Positions 1 to 10,019 of a stretch of 64,000 bases of DNA are shown here, one piece after another. The translations under genes were made by a program, and so were the position numbers. The notes below the pieces were generated by a model. That model made no database searches and had not been told where the DNA came from. It saw only the letters and a list, made by a program, of their open reading frames with translations. Position 1 is the first letter of the stretch. Every line of letters starts with the position of its first letter. This stretch comes from a bacterium (GTDB lineage: Bacteria > Patescibacteriota > Minisyncoccia > UBA6257 > 02-FULL-45-10c), in assembly GCA_021786945.1 (NCBI GenBank), contig JAJYMK010000003.1, positions 240,361-304,360 on the forward strand. The letters are read 5' to 3'.

Positions 1-17
1 TGGAATCATAAAAATAA

Positions 18-1865
18 TTATTGATTGGTATTTTTACTTAATCTATTTAAATAATACCACTCCATAACATCTTTCGCGACCGGAACGGCATTCAGACTTC
101 CCTCTTTGGCATTTTCAATAAGCACTAAAACAGCTATCTCCGGTTTTTCCAAAGGCATATAGCCTACAAAAAAGGCGTTTGTTTTCGTATTATTGGAAAC
201 CTGAGAACTTCCGGTTTTTGCCCCGATACTTACGGGTATACTGCTGAGCATATTTGCCGTGCCATATGATTTCTCCACAGCATCATTCATACCTTTTTTA
301 ATTTCTTTTATATAATTCCCTAAATTACTAAAATCTATTAGGACCTCGCTATTTGATTCCTTCAATAAATGCGGCTTATAAAAATATCCTCCATTTCCTA
401 TTGCGGAAATCTGGGAAAGCAATTGAATTGGTGTAACCAAAAGATCGCCTTGGCCAATACTTACATTGTAAGTGTCACCTATTCTCCAAATATCGTTTTT
501 CTTTGCTTCTTTTTGGGCTGGATCTGGTAAAAATCCCTCAGCCTCATTTGGTAAATCAATGCCTGTTTTTTTACCCAATCCGAATTTCTGCCAATATTCT
601 TTTAACTTATCTATCCCTAAGCCTTTTATATCTTCAAATCCTCCGCCAACTTCATAAAAATAAATATTGCACGATTTAGCTATGGCAGAATAAAGATCAA
701 CCCAACCATTGGCTTTCCAGTCTACGAATCTGCTGGGATGCGCCGGATCGTAGGGATTGGGAATTTCAATGTATCCCGTAGAAAGTATTTGCTTGGTCGG
801 ATTTATTATGCCTTCGGCCAATGCCGCCAATCCAACCATTGGTTTTACCGTTGAAGCAGGAGTAAAAACTCCGGAAATAGCTTTATTGAAAAGCGGTTTA
901 TAAACTGAATTTAAGATTTTATTTTTTTCCGCATTATTTCCAGGTTTCGAAAAAACATTATTATCAAAACTTGGCAAACTTACCAAAGAAAGAACTTCCC
1001 CGTTTTGAGGATTAATAGCTAAACCAACAGCAGAGTTTCTTCCTAAGGTTATCAAGGCCTGATTTAGTCGTTCATAAAAATAATTTTGAAGATCGGCATC
1101 TATAGTAAGAGTCACATCTTTTCCGTTTTGCGGCTCATTAACTGCCTTTTTATCAAAAATATTGCCCCTAACATCCCTATAAGCGACCGTTATCCCGTCT
1201 TTTCCCTTTAAAATATCGTTATAATAAGCCTCTATGCCCGTTTTACCCACAATATCATTACTTGAATTATCCATACCCGTATAACCCAAAATATGCGAAA
1301 ATACAGGTCCATCAATATAATCCCTCCTATAGTCATCTATAATATCCACACCCTTAAGATTGAGTGCTTTTAATTTTATTATCTTTTCCGAATCTATATC
1401 CCTAGCCAAAATAAAAGATGCCGATTTTTCAATATCTTGAGCATAAATTTTTACATCAAGATCTGATTTGGAAATTTCCATTATTTCCAAAAAATTATTT
1501 ATATCATTTTCGCTATTTCCTAAAAAATCTTTTATCTTTAAAGACACTGCGAAGGCCGGTACATTTTCAACTAAAGGTTTTCCGTAACGATCATAAATAA
1601 TTCCCCTATTAGCAGGATTATAAATTTCCTTACCAACATTCGCCTCCGATCTTAAAGCATAAAAATTACCTTTAAATTCCGATAGATAAATAATCCTGGA
1701 AAAAATTAATATGCCAATTAAAGCAGTCATACCCATAACCAGCAAAAAAGCCTTTTTTGAGAGTGGTAATTCCAGATGATTGAGTTTTTTGTGCGAAGAA
1801 AAACTATCAAAAACAGACTCTTCAAAAAAAACTTCTTCTTTTGTTGAAAAATTATTTTTTTTCAT
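18..1865 (-). CDS. mrdA: Penicillin-binding protein 2 (class B transpeptidase)
   Basis: N-terminal TM helix, RGxIYDR dimerisation motif, STVK (SxxK), SCN (SxN) and KTG motifs; follows mreB-mreC-mreD. Confidence 0.93.
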   Translation of the reverse strand: MKKNNFSTKEEVFFEESVFDSFSSHKKLNHLELPLSKKAFLLVMGMTALIGILIFSRIIYLSEFKGNFYALRSEANVGKEIYNPANRGIIYDRYGKPLVENVPAFAVSLKIKDFLGNSENDINNFLEIMEISKSDLDVKIYAQDIEKSASFILARDIDSEKIIKLKALNLKGVDIIDDYRRDYIDGPVFSHILGYTGMDNSSNDIVGKTGIEAYYNDILKGKDGITVAYRDVRGNIFDKKAVNEPQNGKDVTLTIDADLQNYFYERLNQALITLGRNSAVGLAINPQNGEVLSLVSLPSFDNNVFSKPGNNAEKNKILNSVYKPLFNKAISGVFTPASTVKPMVGLAALAEGIINPTKQILSTGYIEIPNPYDPAHPSRFVDWKANGWVDLYSAIAKSCNIYFYEVGGGFEDIKGLGIDKLKEYWQKFGLGKKTGIDLPNEAEGFLPDPAQKEAKKNDIWRIGDTYNVSIGQGDLLVTPIQLLSQISAIGNGGYFYKPHLLKESNSEVLIDFSNLGNYIKEIKKGMNDAVEKSYGTANMLSSIPVSIGAKTGSSQVSNNTKTNAFFVGYMPLEKPEIAVLVLIENAKEGSLNAVPVAKDVMEWYYLNRLSKNTNQ

Positions 1866-1871
1866 ATGAAG

Positions 1872-2318
1872 CTAAAAAGGATTTTTTATTAAAAATGAGA
1901 AGATTAGACCGGCTATAAAATTAAAAATCAATTCTTTGATAAAAACATTAAAATTGTTGAATATAAATAATGGATCAATCAGTAAATAAAATACCGGGGT
2001 TAAAAAAAGTATTAATAATAAAATCGAGAAAAAGGCATGTTCGGAGAATAATATTTTAGAATAATAAGCCAGAATCATAATGGCGCCGAAGATTATCAAT
2101 TCTTTGGAAAAAATACTGAAATAATTCAAAAAAAATAAAGAAATTATTACGAGTACAATGTATTGCCAAAAATCTTTAACGGAAAAAATAGAAATGATTA
2201 AAAACACCAATATCAGGTTTGGTTTAATCCCGGCAAAAGATATAAGATTGAGGCTTTGCAACAAACTTATTGCCGCAATTAAAAATATATCTAATACAAA
2301 TCCAATTTTCTCAGACAT
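1872..2318 (-). CDS. mreD: Rod shape-determining protein MreD-like membrane protein
   Basis: Highly hydrophobic 148 aa with GIKPNL motif; lies between mreC and pbp2. Confidence 0.7.
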   Translation of the reverse strand: MSEKIGFVLDIFLIAAISLLQSLNLISFAGIKPNLILVFLIISIFSVKDFWQYIVLVIISLFFLNYFSIFSKELIIFGAIMILAYYSKILFSEHAFFSILLLILFLTPVFYLLIDPLFIFNNFNVFIKELIFNFIAGLIFSFLIKNPF

Positions 2319-2321
2319 AAT

Positions 2322-3002
2322 CTATTTATTTAAAACTTCAAAATTTTTTATAACAAATACATCTTCCAAGGAGCCGATGCTATAATCGGTTTTCAAAAAT
2401 GCTTTTTTAAAAGGCTCGGCGGCATTTTCGGAATTTATTATCTGGATTTCTCCCAATTTAAAACCATAGGGAAAATTCTGATCGGCGTTATAAACAATAT
2501 CGCCATTTTTAATATTTTTATTTTTCTCGATCATTTCAAGGGTCGGTGGCAATCCACCCCTCAAAAGAGCATTAACTTTATTATCGCCAATTTTAACCGC
2601 TATATTAAAATTATTGTCGAATATAGTTCTAACCAAGCTAGCGTTTTGATTAATCTTTATAATCTGACCTAATAGTATATTGGCAGCGGAAACCACAACT
2701 TGATTTACAGCTAGCCCATCATTTATTCCCGCATTAATAGCTATAAGACTCTGATTATTGAATGGGTAATTAGAAAAAACTTTTGTATTAAAATAATCCC
2801 AAGTATTTTCCCTAATTTCTTTTCCCGATAAATTTTCATTAATAAATATCTGAGCTTTTAAAGAATCGTTTTCTAATTCAAGCTTAGAAATTTCACTCTG
2901 AACATTGGCAGATGACAATATTTTTTCTTTAATAAAATTCAAATTTGAACCAAATAATGCGATTATCAGTATCACAAGTATTGCAATTCTAATTAAGTTC
3001 AT
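2322..3002 (-). CDS. mreC: Rod shape-determining protein MreC
   Basis: TM anchor, short coiled coil (LELENDSLK), INAGxxDG and GDxVY...FPYG motifs; directly after mreB. Confidence 0.88.
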   Translation of the reverse strand: MNLIRIAILVILIIALFGSNLNFIKEKILSSANVQSEISKLELENDSLKAQIFINENLSGKEIRENTWDYFNTKVFSNYPFNNQSLIAINAGINDGLAVNQVVVSAANILLGQIIKINQNASLVRTIFDNNFNIAVKIGDNKVNALLRGGLPPTLEMIEKNKNIKNGDIVYNADQNFPYGFKLGEIQIINSENAAEPFKKAFLKTDYSIGSLEDVFVIKNFEVLNK

Positions 3003-3016
3003 AAATTAAGCCGGGA

Positions 3017-4063
3017 TTATATTTTAATCTCTTTTGGCCTTAAAGGATTATTTAAAAGATATGAATACTTATTTAAGTTTTCGGCAATCATTCCGGCGCC
3101 CCTGGCTACGCAAGTAAGCGGATCATCAACAATTGTAGTGGAAACAGTTATTTCTTTTTCTATTAATTTATCAATTCCTTTTAGGAGACTACCGCCGCCA
3201 CAAATATAGATGCCTCTTCTGAGAACATCACCAACTAATTCCGGTGGAGTAGTTTCTACAATTTCCTTTACTGAATCAACAATTGTTTTCAATGATTTAG
3301 AAATCGCAGCTCTTACATGAGTATCGCGCACAATAACTTCCCGCGGTAACCCGGTAGCCATATCCCTTCCCCTAATTGGTAAATCCATTTTTTGTTCTAG
3401 TGGCAAAGCTGAGCCTATATTTATTTTTAATTCTTCCGCGGTTGGTTCTCCAATAGCTAAATGGAACTCGTCTCTTATAAATCTCACAATATCATCGTTT
3501 AATTTATCTCCTGCAGTTTTTATACTTTTGGCATTCACGATTCCCCCCATTGAAATAACGGCTATTTCAGTTGTTCCTCCGCCTATATCTATAATTAAAT
3601 TAGAAGTAGGTTCATCAATTGGCATTTTCGCGCCCAAAGCAGCGGCCAAAGGCTCTTCAATAATATATGCCTTGCTGGCTCCGGCGCCTATTATGGCGTC
3701 TTCAACCGATTTTCTTTCAACTTCTGTAAGATTACTCGGAACTCCAATAACGGCTTTATTGTAATTAAAAAAATTAGAAGAGCCCAGTGTCTTTTTCAAT
3801 AAAAATCTCAGCATCTCTTGGGTCATTTCGAAATCAGAAATAACACCATTTATAAGGGGTCTTATGACAGTAATATGCAGAGGTGTTCTGCCAATCATTT
3901 TTTTAGCTTCTTCACCTATGGCTACAATTTGTCCGGTTTTATTATTTACTGCGGCGATTGACGGCTCGTTAATAACAATTCCTTTTCCGGCCAAATAAAT
4001 CAAAGAGTTGGCTGTGCCAAGATCTATGCCTATATTTCTTGAAAAATAATCGAATAGTTTCAT
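3017..4063 (-). CDS. mreB: Rod shape-determining protein MreB (copy 1)
   Basis: IGIDLGTAN, IDIGGGTTE, GGGSLL actin-fold motifs. Confidence 0.96.
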   Translation of the reverse strand: MKLFDYFSRNIGIDLGTANSLIYLAGKGIVINEPSIAAVNNKTGQIVAIGEEAKKMIGRTPLHITVIRPLINGVISDFEMTQEMLRFLLKKTLGSSNFFNYNKAVIGVPSNLTEVERKSVEDAIIGAGASKAYIIEEPLAAALGAKMPIDEPTSNLIIDIGGGTTEIAVISMGGIVNAKSIKTAGDKLNDDIVRFIRDEFHLAIGEPTAEELKINIGSALPLEQKMDLPIRGRDMATGLPREVIVRDTHVRAAISKSLKTIVDSVKEIVETTPPELVGDVLRRGIYICGGGSLLKGIDKLIEKEITVSTTIVDDPLTCVARGAGMIAENLNKYSYLLNNPLRPKEIKI

Positions 4064-4065
4064 TT

Positions 4066-5319
4066 TTATTTTTGTAGTAATTTAATTAATTGCTTTTCGG
4101 AAACCATACTGACTTTTTTTGAATTTCTGGGTTTTAGCTCCATTTTTTTCTGCGCTAAAGTTTTTTCACTAATAATTACCCTATTCGGAATTCCGATTAA
4201 GTCGGCATCGTTTAATTTTTCACCGACGGATAAATCCCTGTCGTCATAAAGCACATCTATGCCGGCTTTATTTAATTTTTCATATAAAGATTTACAGGCT
4301 TTTTGTACTTTAGAAGGATTTTTGCCTTTCAATTCAACCAAATGAACTTTAAAAGGCGCAATATTTTCCGGCCAAATAATGCCATATTCATCGCTAAATT
4401 CTTCAACTATAGTACCCATAACTCTTGTTGGTCCTATTCCGTAAGAACCCATGATAACCGGCTTCTTTTCACCTTTTTCGTTAAGAAAATTTAATCCAAA
4501 AGCCTCGGTAAATTTGGTTCCCAATTTAAAAACGTTGGCAACCTCAATGGATCTTCCCGATTCAATTTGTCCATCACAATCTTTATGAGCCTCCGGTTTA
4601 TAAATCTCTTGATTCTGGCTAAAGCCGCATTTTTGGCAATAAAAAACAGTATCTTCTCCGGCAGGATTCAAAACCTGAAATTCATGTGTATATTCTTTCG
4701 TGAAAGCTCCCCCGCTGGCTTCGGTAACCAAGAACTTAAGACCTAAGCGTTTAAATATTTTTTTATAGGCACCGATTACTTTTTCGTAATATTTATCCAA
4801 ATCTTCTTTTGATTCATGGAAACTATACAGATCTTTCATGGAAAATTCTCTTCCGCGCAAAAGACCGGCCTGAGCTCTGGCCTCAGCCCTGAATTTTGTC
4901 TGGATCTGATATACAGCCTTAGGTAAATCTTTATAGGAATTTATAAATCTTGTGGCTATTGCAGTAACAACTTCTTCATGAGTCCAGCCTAAACCATATT
5001 CGAAATCTTTCTTTTCGCTGTCTGCCGGATTGGTGGAAGTTTTATAGATAACATCAACGGCCCACCTGTTTGATTTTTCCCAATATTTTTTTTGAATTAA
5101 AGACGGCATAAAAAGCTCTTCGGCACCGATAGCATTCATCTCCTCTCTGATAATTGTGTTGATTTTATTTAGAACTTTTAAACCCAAGGGCAATAAAGAA
5201 TAAACTCCGGCTGACGATTTATCTATAAATCCGCCCTTAAGTAAAAATTGGGCATTTTTGGATGCCTCGCTTTCCGAAAGTTTTTTGGAAGTCTTTGAAA
5301 ATAATTGAGATTGTTTCAT
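4066..5319 (-). CDS. proS: Proline--tRNA ligase, short form without INS editing domain
   Basis: THEE, YQIQTKFRxE, GLLRGREF, MGSYGIG motifs and anticodon-binding domain; start moved to ATG 5319 (MKQSQLF). Confidence 0.93.
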   Translation of the reverse strand: MKQSQLFSKTSKKLSESEASKNAQFLLKGGFIDKSSAGVYSLLPLGLKVLNKINTIIREEMNAIGAEELFMPSLIQKKYWEKSNRWAVDVIYKTSTNPADSEKKDFEYGLGWTHEEVVTAIATRFINSYKDLPKAVYQIQTKFRAEARAQAGLLRGREFSMKDLYSFHESKEDLDKYYEKVIGAYKKIFKRLGLKFLVTEASGGAFTKEYTHEFQVLNPAGEDTVFYCQKCGFSQNQEIYKPEAHKDCDGQIESGRSIEVANVFKLGTKFTEAFGLNFLNEKGEKKPVIMGSYGIGPTRVMGTIVEEFSDEYGIIWPENIAPFKVHLVELKGKNPSKVQKACKSLYEKLNKAGIDVLYDDRDLSVGEKLNDADLIGIPNRVIISEKTLAQKKMELKPRNSKKVSMVSEKQLIKLLQK

Positions 5320-5376
5320 GTAAATGTCTATTAATATTTTAAGCGAAAAGGCATAATAAATCCAGGGCAAATTTTA

Positions 5377-6396
5377 TCAAAAAAGATTGATTAAATCTTT
5401 AATCGTAGTAGCCAATAGCAAAGAAAAAAGGATAAAAAATCCAAAACCATTCAATATCATTTCCAATTTCGGACTTACCGGTGATCCTTTTATTTTTTCT
5501 ATAAGAACTATCAAAAACCATCCCCCGTCCAGCATCGGAAATGGAAAGAAATTAAAAACAATCAAGTTTATGGAAAGATAAGCCAAGAGCTGCAAAAAGA
5601 AAACAAAGCCAGCTTTAGAAACCAAAGATCCCATAGCAAACAAACCCACGGGGCTCATCAAATTCTGAAATACGGAAATATCAGTAAATATTCTGGCAAA
5701 CAAAGATATATATCCCTTTAAATAACTCCAAACCAAAATACACGAATTCAGAAAGCCATCAGACAGACTTTTCCATATCCCGGTTTTTTCTACACCGGTT
5801 TCCGCATAATATATTCCCAAGATTTCTTTATTCTCTGATTTCTGAGAAGGAAGAACAACTTTTATTTGTTTTTGTGTTCCGTCTCTTTTTACATTAAATC
5901 CAATTTCTTTGCCTAAATTTTTTTGTAAATAAGCATTAAACTCATCGGAATTATTAAAGCCAGTAATCAAATCGCCTTTCTGGAAGCCGGATAAGGCCGC
6001 CAAGCTACCAGCTTTTATATCCGAAACAAAAATTCCCTTAGGAACTCCAATAAACATCACGAGGCTAAGCAAAAACCATCCAAGTAAAAAATTAACTAGG
6101 ATACCGCCGGCAATTATCAAGGCCTTTTTATAAAAACTTTGTCTTATAAAACTAGCAGAAGATGGCAAGTCTTTTCTTTCTATTTCCGGTCTTAGTCCAT
6201 TTATTTTCACAAAACCACCCCACAAAATCCAATTAAAACTATAAACTGTTTCTTTTATTTTTTTACTAAATATTTTTGGCGGAAATCCAATTCCAAATTC
6301 TTCAATAGCGACACCAAAAAATTTAGCCATTAAGAAATGACCCAATTCGTGCATGATAACAACCAGCGAAAGTCCCAAAAATACGAAAATTCCCAT
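5377..6396 (-). CDS. rseP: RseP-like site-2 protease (M50) with PDZ domain
   Basis: HELGH zinc motif, GGFVKI, NFFPFPMLDGG. Confidence 0.9.
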   Translation of the reverse strand: MGIFVFLGLSLVVIMHELGHFLMAKFFGVAIEEFGIGFPPKIFSKKIKETVYSFNWILWGGFVKINGLRPEIERKDLPSSASFIRQSFYKKALIIAGGILVNFLLGWFLLSLVMFIGVPKGIFVSDIKAGSLAALSGFQKGDLITGFNNSDEFNAYLQKNLGKEIGFNVKRDGTQKQIKVVLPSQKSENKEILGIYYAETGVEKTGIWKSLSDGFLNSCILVWSYLKGYISLFARIFTDISVFQNLMSPVGLFAMGSLVSKAGFVFFLQLLAYLSINLIVFNFFPFPMLDGGWFLIVLIEKIKGSPVSPKLEMILNGFGFFILFSLLLATTIKDLINLF

Positions 6397-6412
6397 ATCC
6401 CTTATATTTTAA

Positions 6413-6474
6413 TTGATTTTTTGATTTGAAGGTAGTAGTATATTACACAGCTCGTTAATCTGTTTTGAAAGGAG
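6413..6474 (+). promoter_or_regulatory. Promoter TTGATT-N17-TAGTAT, boxA-like GCTCGTTAATC (6450-6460), SD AAAGGAG
   Basis: Motifs read directly, spacing counted. Confidence 0.6.
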
Positions 6475-6480
6475 AAAAAA

Positions 6481-6744
6481 ATGACTCCAATAAAAGACGG
6501 GAGGATGCAAAGATTCATAGGAATCGATATCACACTGCACTTCAAAAAAGGCACATCGGCAAAAATCGGTGACGGTTTAGTTATAACTGACGGAGAAAAA
6601 GTTCATATCTGGACCGGAAAACAAACTGATGGTAAAAACTTTCTTATACCGGCCGAACCGGTAAAAGAACTCGATGTTAAAAAACTCGAAAAAGCCACTT
6701 ATCGCAACAAAAACAATGGTAATTTCGAAACCTTCCGTTTCTAA
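6481..6744 (+). CDS. Hypothetical protein (ORFan unit)
   Basis: 87-aa ORF with strong SD, own promoter and terminator; no family recognised. Confidence 0.75.
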   Translation: MTPIKDGRMQRFIGIDITLHFKKGTSAKIGDGLVITDGEKVHIWTGKQTDGKNFLIPAEPVKELDVKKLEKATYRNKNNGNFETFRF

Positions 6745-6746
6745 AC

Positions 6747-6783
6747 AAAAACCCCTTGGTTAATTCCAAGGGGTTTTATTTTT
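6747..6783. terminator. Bidirectional intrinsic terminator
   Basis: AAAACCCCTTGG-ttaatt-CCAAGGGGTTTT between convergent genes. Confidence 0.85.
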
Positions 6784-7330
6784 ACTCTAGTATTTCTTTT
6801 ATTTTTGAATCCATCATTTTTTCAACTTCCCCATTATACCTGTCGATGACTTTCTGGACATCCTCTTTTTTCTTAAAAGCTATATCTTCGGAAAAGGCAC
6901 CCTCTTCTTCGGTTCTTTTGATTACTTTATTGGATTCATCCCTGGCCCCCCTGATTCTGATTTTGGTATCCTCGGTTATTTTTTTGACTACCTTTTCAAG
7001 TTCTTTTTTGCGTTCTTCGGTTAAAGCCGGTAGATTTACCCTAATTAAACTCCCATCTATACTAGCTGAAATTTTCAAAGAAGATTCCTCTATTGCCTTG
7101 GCAACGGCAGTAGCCACTCCCCGGTCCCAAACCGAAATATCTATTTCGCGCGGCGGCACAATAGAAATAGAACCAAGAGCCTTAATCGGAGTCATTTGGC
7201 CATAATAATCAACTTTAATATCCTCCACCATTCTTGCGGAAGGCCTACTACTCCTGATAGTCTGAAATTCCACTCTTAACGATTCTAAGAGTCCTTTTAA
7301 TTTGTTTTCAAGATCTTTTATTATATCCAT
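6782..7330 (-). CDS. frr: Ribosome recycling factor
   Basis: IRSSRPS, VDYYG, PALTEERKKEL, RIRGARDE pattern. Confidence 0.95.
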   Translation of the reverse strand: MDIIKDLENKLKGLLESLRVEFQTIRSSRPSARMVEDIKVDYYGQMTPIKALGSISIVPPREIDISVWDRGVATAVAKAIEESSLKISASIDGSLIRVNLPALTEERKKELEKVVKKITEDTKIRIRGARDESNKVIKRTEEEGAFSEDIAFKKKEDVQKVIDRYNGEVEKMMDSKIKEILE

Positions 7331-7332
7331 GG

Positions 7333-7416
7333 TTAAATATTACAAACTTGTGGCAAAAAATAAATTAAAACTGCCAAGAAAAACACAACAAGTAAAAAGA
7401 AAAATGCCTTATCCAT
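7333..7416 (-). CDS. Putative 27-aa membrane peptide MDKAFFFLLVVFFLAVLIYFLPQVCNI
   Basis: Hand-translated; nearly fills the holB-frr gap; single hydrophobic helix. Confidence 0.45.
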   Translation of the reverse strand: MDKAFFFLLVVFFLAVLIYFLPQVCNI

Positions 7417-7429
7417 TTTTTGTTATTTA

Positions 7430-8248
7430 TTAATTAGTTATAGCTTCTAACTGCAATCGTTTGTTAACATTATAGCTTTTTATCAAAAATAGTCTACTCA
7501 GAATGGATTTGATAAGCCTATTATTTTTAACCGGATCTTTTCTTAGTTTATAAATTAATAATTCAAAAAATTGATCCAAAATTTCCGGTTTTTCCTTCTG
7601 ATCTTCAATAAAGTTTTTAATAAACTGGGACTTGGCATAACCCGACAATTGAAGATAATTCTTAACCAATAATTCTATTTCCGAATAATCTTTTTCTGTC
7701 AGATCTATGGCCCTGCCGGGCCTACCTGAAGCCATCGCAACGATTTCTTCGGCCCTATCTTTTTTTAAACCTTTTTCTTTAATTAAAAATTCGGTTAATT
7801 CATTTTTAGAAATTGCAGAAAAATAAACTTTTTGCAGCCTGGATAATATCGGCGGTAAAATATTATCTAAATTATTAACTATTAAAACTATTAATGAATT
7901 TTCCGGCGGTTCCTCGGTAATTTTCAATATGGCATTTTGAGCTTCCGTAGTTAGCATTTCGGCTCTGTCTATAATAACCATTCTTTTTACGGAATTAACC
8001 GGTTTCTGCCACAAAAAATTCTTTATTTCCTTAACTGTATCAATGCCATTATCTTTTATAACCAAACATTCAGAAACGGCTGTTTTGGGAATTTCAAAAA
8101 CTTTATTCTCCAAAAAATTGGCTAAAGACATCGAAAAGGTAAACTTCCCTACTTGATTTTCTCCAAAAAAAATATACCCATGTGATAATTTTCCGGCTTC
8201 GGCTAATTTTTTAAAATCTTTTAATAAATGAGAGTTTCCTAAAAACAT
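7430..8248 (-). CDS. holB: DNA polymerase III delta-prime subunit
   Basis: HGYIFFGENQVGK, AQNAILKITEEPP, ILSR motifs. Confidence 0.88.
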   Translation of the reverse strand: MFLGNSHLLKDFKKLAEAGKLSHGYIFFGENQVGKFTFSMSLANFLENKVFEIPKTAVSECLVIKDNGIDTVKEIKNFLWQKPVNSVKRMVIIDRAEMLTTEAQNAILKITEEPPENSLIVLIVNNLDNILPPILSRLQKVYFSAISKNELTEFLIKEKGLKKDRAEEIVAMASGRPGRAIDLTEKDYSEIELLVKNYLQLSGYAKSQFIKNFIEDQKEKPEILDQFFELLIYKLRKDPVKNNRLIKSILSRLFLIKSYNVNKRLQLEAITN

Positions 8249-8252
8249 AAAA

Positions 8253-8987
8253 TTATTCCCCCCAAATTTCCTTTAAAGTTTTTTTGACTAATAGGTCAAC
8301 GTCCTTTCTGGCTAAATTAATTTTTTCCTGAATATCTTTTATTTCATCCTGTTCGGCGGATAAATCTTTGATAAATGGAATGGCATATGATTGCGCATGG
8401 GCATCTTTTACCACACCATTTAATTCCGGTTTATCATAAAAAGCAGGAGGAATGTCCTCGTAAGTATTATCCAAACTTAAGTCTCCATATAAAAATCTCG
8501 ATATTTCCGGAATTTTTATTTTTTCTTTATTAGAAATAAAAGCGGCAACATCAAAAGTCATACCAAGATTATTCAAAATTTCGGACATTCGTTCCATGCT
8601 TTTTCCGGAAGAAATATATTCGGTAACAACCAAGGCTTTTTTATTATTTTCTGATTTTATTTTTTTTAAGGCTTCTTCCATTTCTTTTCTGTTTTCAACT
8701 TGGCCTCCGGCTATAAATCTAGTCACAACCTCCGAGTCGGAATCTTTTAATTCTGGGTGTAATTTTCTGCTTCTAGCATTAAAAACCCCCCTTAAAATTA
8801 GGGTTGGTATACGACCGCTGGCATCGTCTCCAATCAGAACATCGTATTCTCCCTTGTCTATATTTTCCTTAAGTTTTGCAACTAAAGAAAAGGTTAATGG
8901 TTCCAACTCTTTAAAAACATCCGGTAAAAAATAATCAGATTCTTTTTCCGGTGATTTTAAATTATTATTTTTTTCAAATTTTTCCAT
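8253..8987 (-). CDS. Hypothetical protein, probable type I phosphoribosyltransferase fold
   Basis: LIGDDASGRIP and LVVTEYISSGKS resemble PRTase PPi and PRPP loops. Confidence 0.45.
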   Translation of the reverse strand: MEKFEKNNNLKSPEKESDYFLPDVFKELEPLTFSLVAKLKENIDKGEYDVLIGDDASGRIPTLILRGVFNARSRKLHPELKDSDSEVVTRFIAGGQVENRKEMEEALKKIKSENNKKALVVTEYISSGKSMERMSEILNNLGMTFDVAAFISNKEKIKIPEISRFLYGDLSLDNTYEDIPPAFYDKPELNGVVKDAHAQSYAIPFIKDLSAEQDEIKDIQEKINLARKDVDLLVKKTLKEIWGE

Positions 8988-9001
8988 CTCAAAATTTACA
9001 A

Positions 9002-10009
9002 TTACCTTTTATTCAGCAAGGTTCTCTTGTAAACATCCAAGTGTGTCAAAATTATTCCTGCACCCTTAGCAACGCAGAATAATGGTTCGTCAGCTATATA
9101 AGTAGGAACCCCTGTCATTCTTTTGAAAAATTCATCTATATTTCTAAGTAAAGCACCTCCACCGGAAACAATGATTCCTTTCTCCATAATATCGGCAACT
9201 AATTCCGGGGGTGTTTCATTAAAAACGTTCTGGACCGAAGCGGCTATTTCAATAAGCTGAGGAGTTAAAGCTTCGGCAATTTCATTTGAATTTACAAGAA
9301 TATCTTTTGGAAGGCCGGAAACCAAATCCCTACCTCTTAGCTGATATTCCAATTTTTCTTTTATAGGTAAGGCTGAGCCAATCTCCATTTTAACTATTTC
9401 GGCTGTCTGTTCGCCGATGGCTAGAGAATATTTTTTCTTGATATAATCCATAATCACCTGATCGAATTTATTTCCGGCAATTCGCAAACTTGACCAAGAT
9501 ACTATACCGCCCAAAGAAACAACTGCCACCTCAGAAGTCCCGCCACCGATATTGATAATCATATTTCCCGAATATGCGTTAATCGGAATTCCCGCACCTA
9601 AAGCCGCTAAAATCGGTTCTTTTACGATATATGCTTCCTTTGCGCCGGCTTCTCTAGCGGCATTCATAACCGCCCTTCTTTCAGTCGGAGTTATTCCGGC
9701 CGGTGAAGAAATAACCACGTCGGGTTTAAACATATTGAATCTGCCATTGGCTTTTGAAATAAAATATTTCAACATGGCTTTTGTAATATAATAATCGGCA
9801 ATAACACCTTCTTTTAAAGGTCTGTAAGCCACAATATCTTCCGGGGTTCTGCCTATCATTTCCTTTGCTTCTCTTCCCACAGCCAAAACAGTATTGTCCG
9901 GAACGCTTAAGGCAACGATCGTTGGTTCATTAATAATAAATCCTTTTCCGGGAACAAAAACAATTGTATTTGCGGTACCTAGATCTATTCCTATTTTTCT
10001 GTTTAACAT
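9002..10009 (-). CDS. mreB: MreB/Mbl family actin homologue (copy 2)
   Basis: IGIDLGTAN, INIGGGTSE, SGGGALL. Confidence 0.93.
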   Translation of the reverse strand: MLNRKIGIDLGTANTIVFVPGKGFIINEPTIVALSVPDNTVLAVGREAKEMIGRTPEDIVAYRPLKEGVIADYYITKAMLKYFISKANGRFNMFKPDVVISSPAGITPTERRAVMNAAREAGAKEAYIVKEPILAALGAGIPINAYSGNMIINIGGGTSEVAVVSLGGIVSWSSLRIAGNKFDQVIMDYIKKKYSLAIGEQTAEIVKMEIGSALPIKEKLEYQLRGRDLVSGLPKDILVNSNEIAEALTPQLIEIAASVQNVFNETPPELVADIMEKGIIVSGGGALLRNIDEFFKRMTGVPTYIADEPLFCVAKGAGIILTHLDVYKRTLLNKR

Positions 10010-10019
10010 TTTTTAAAAA

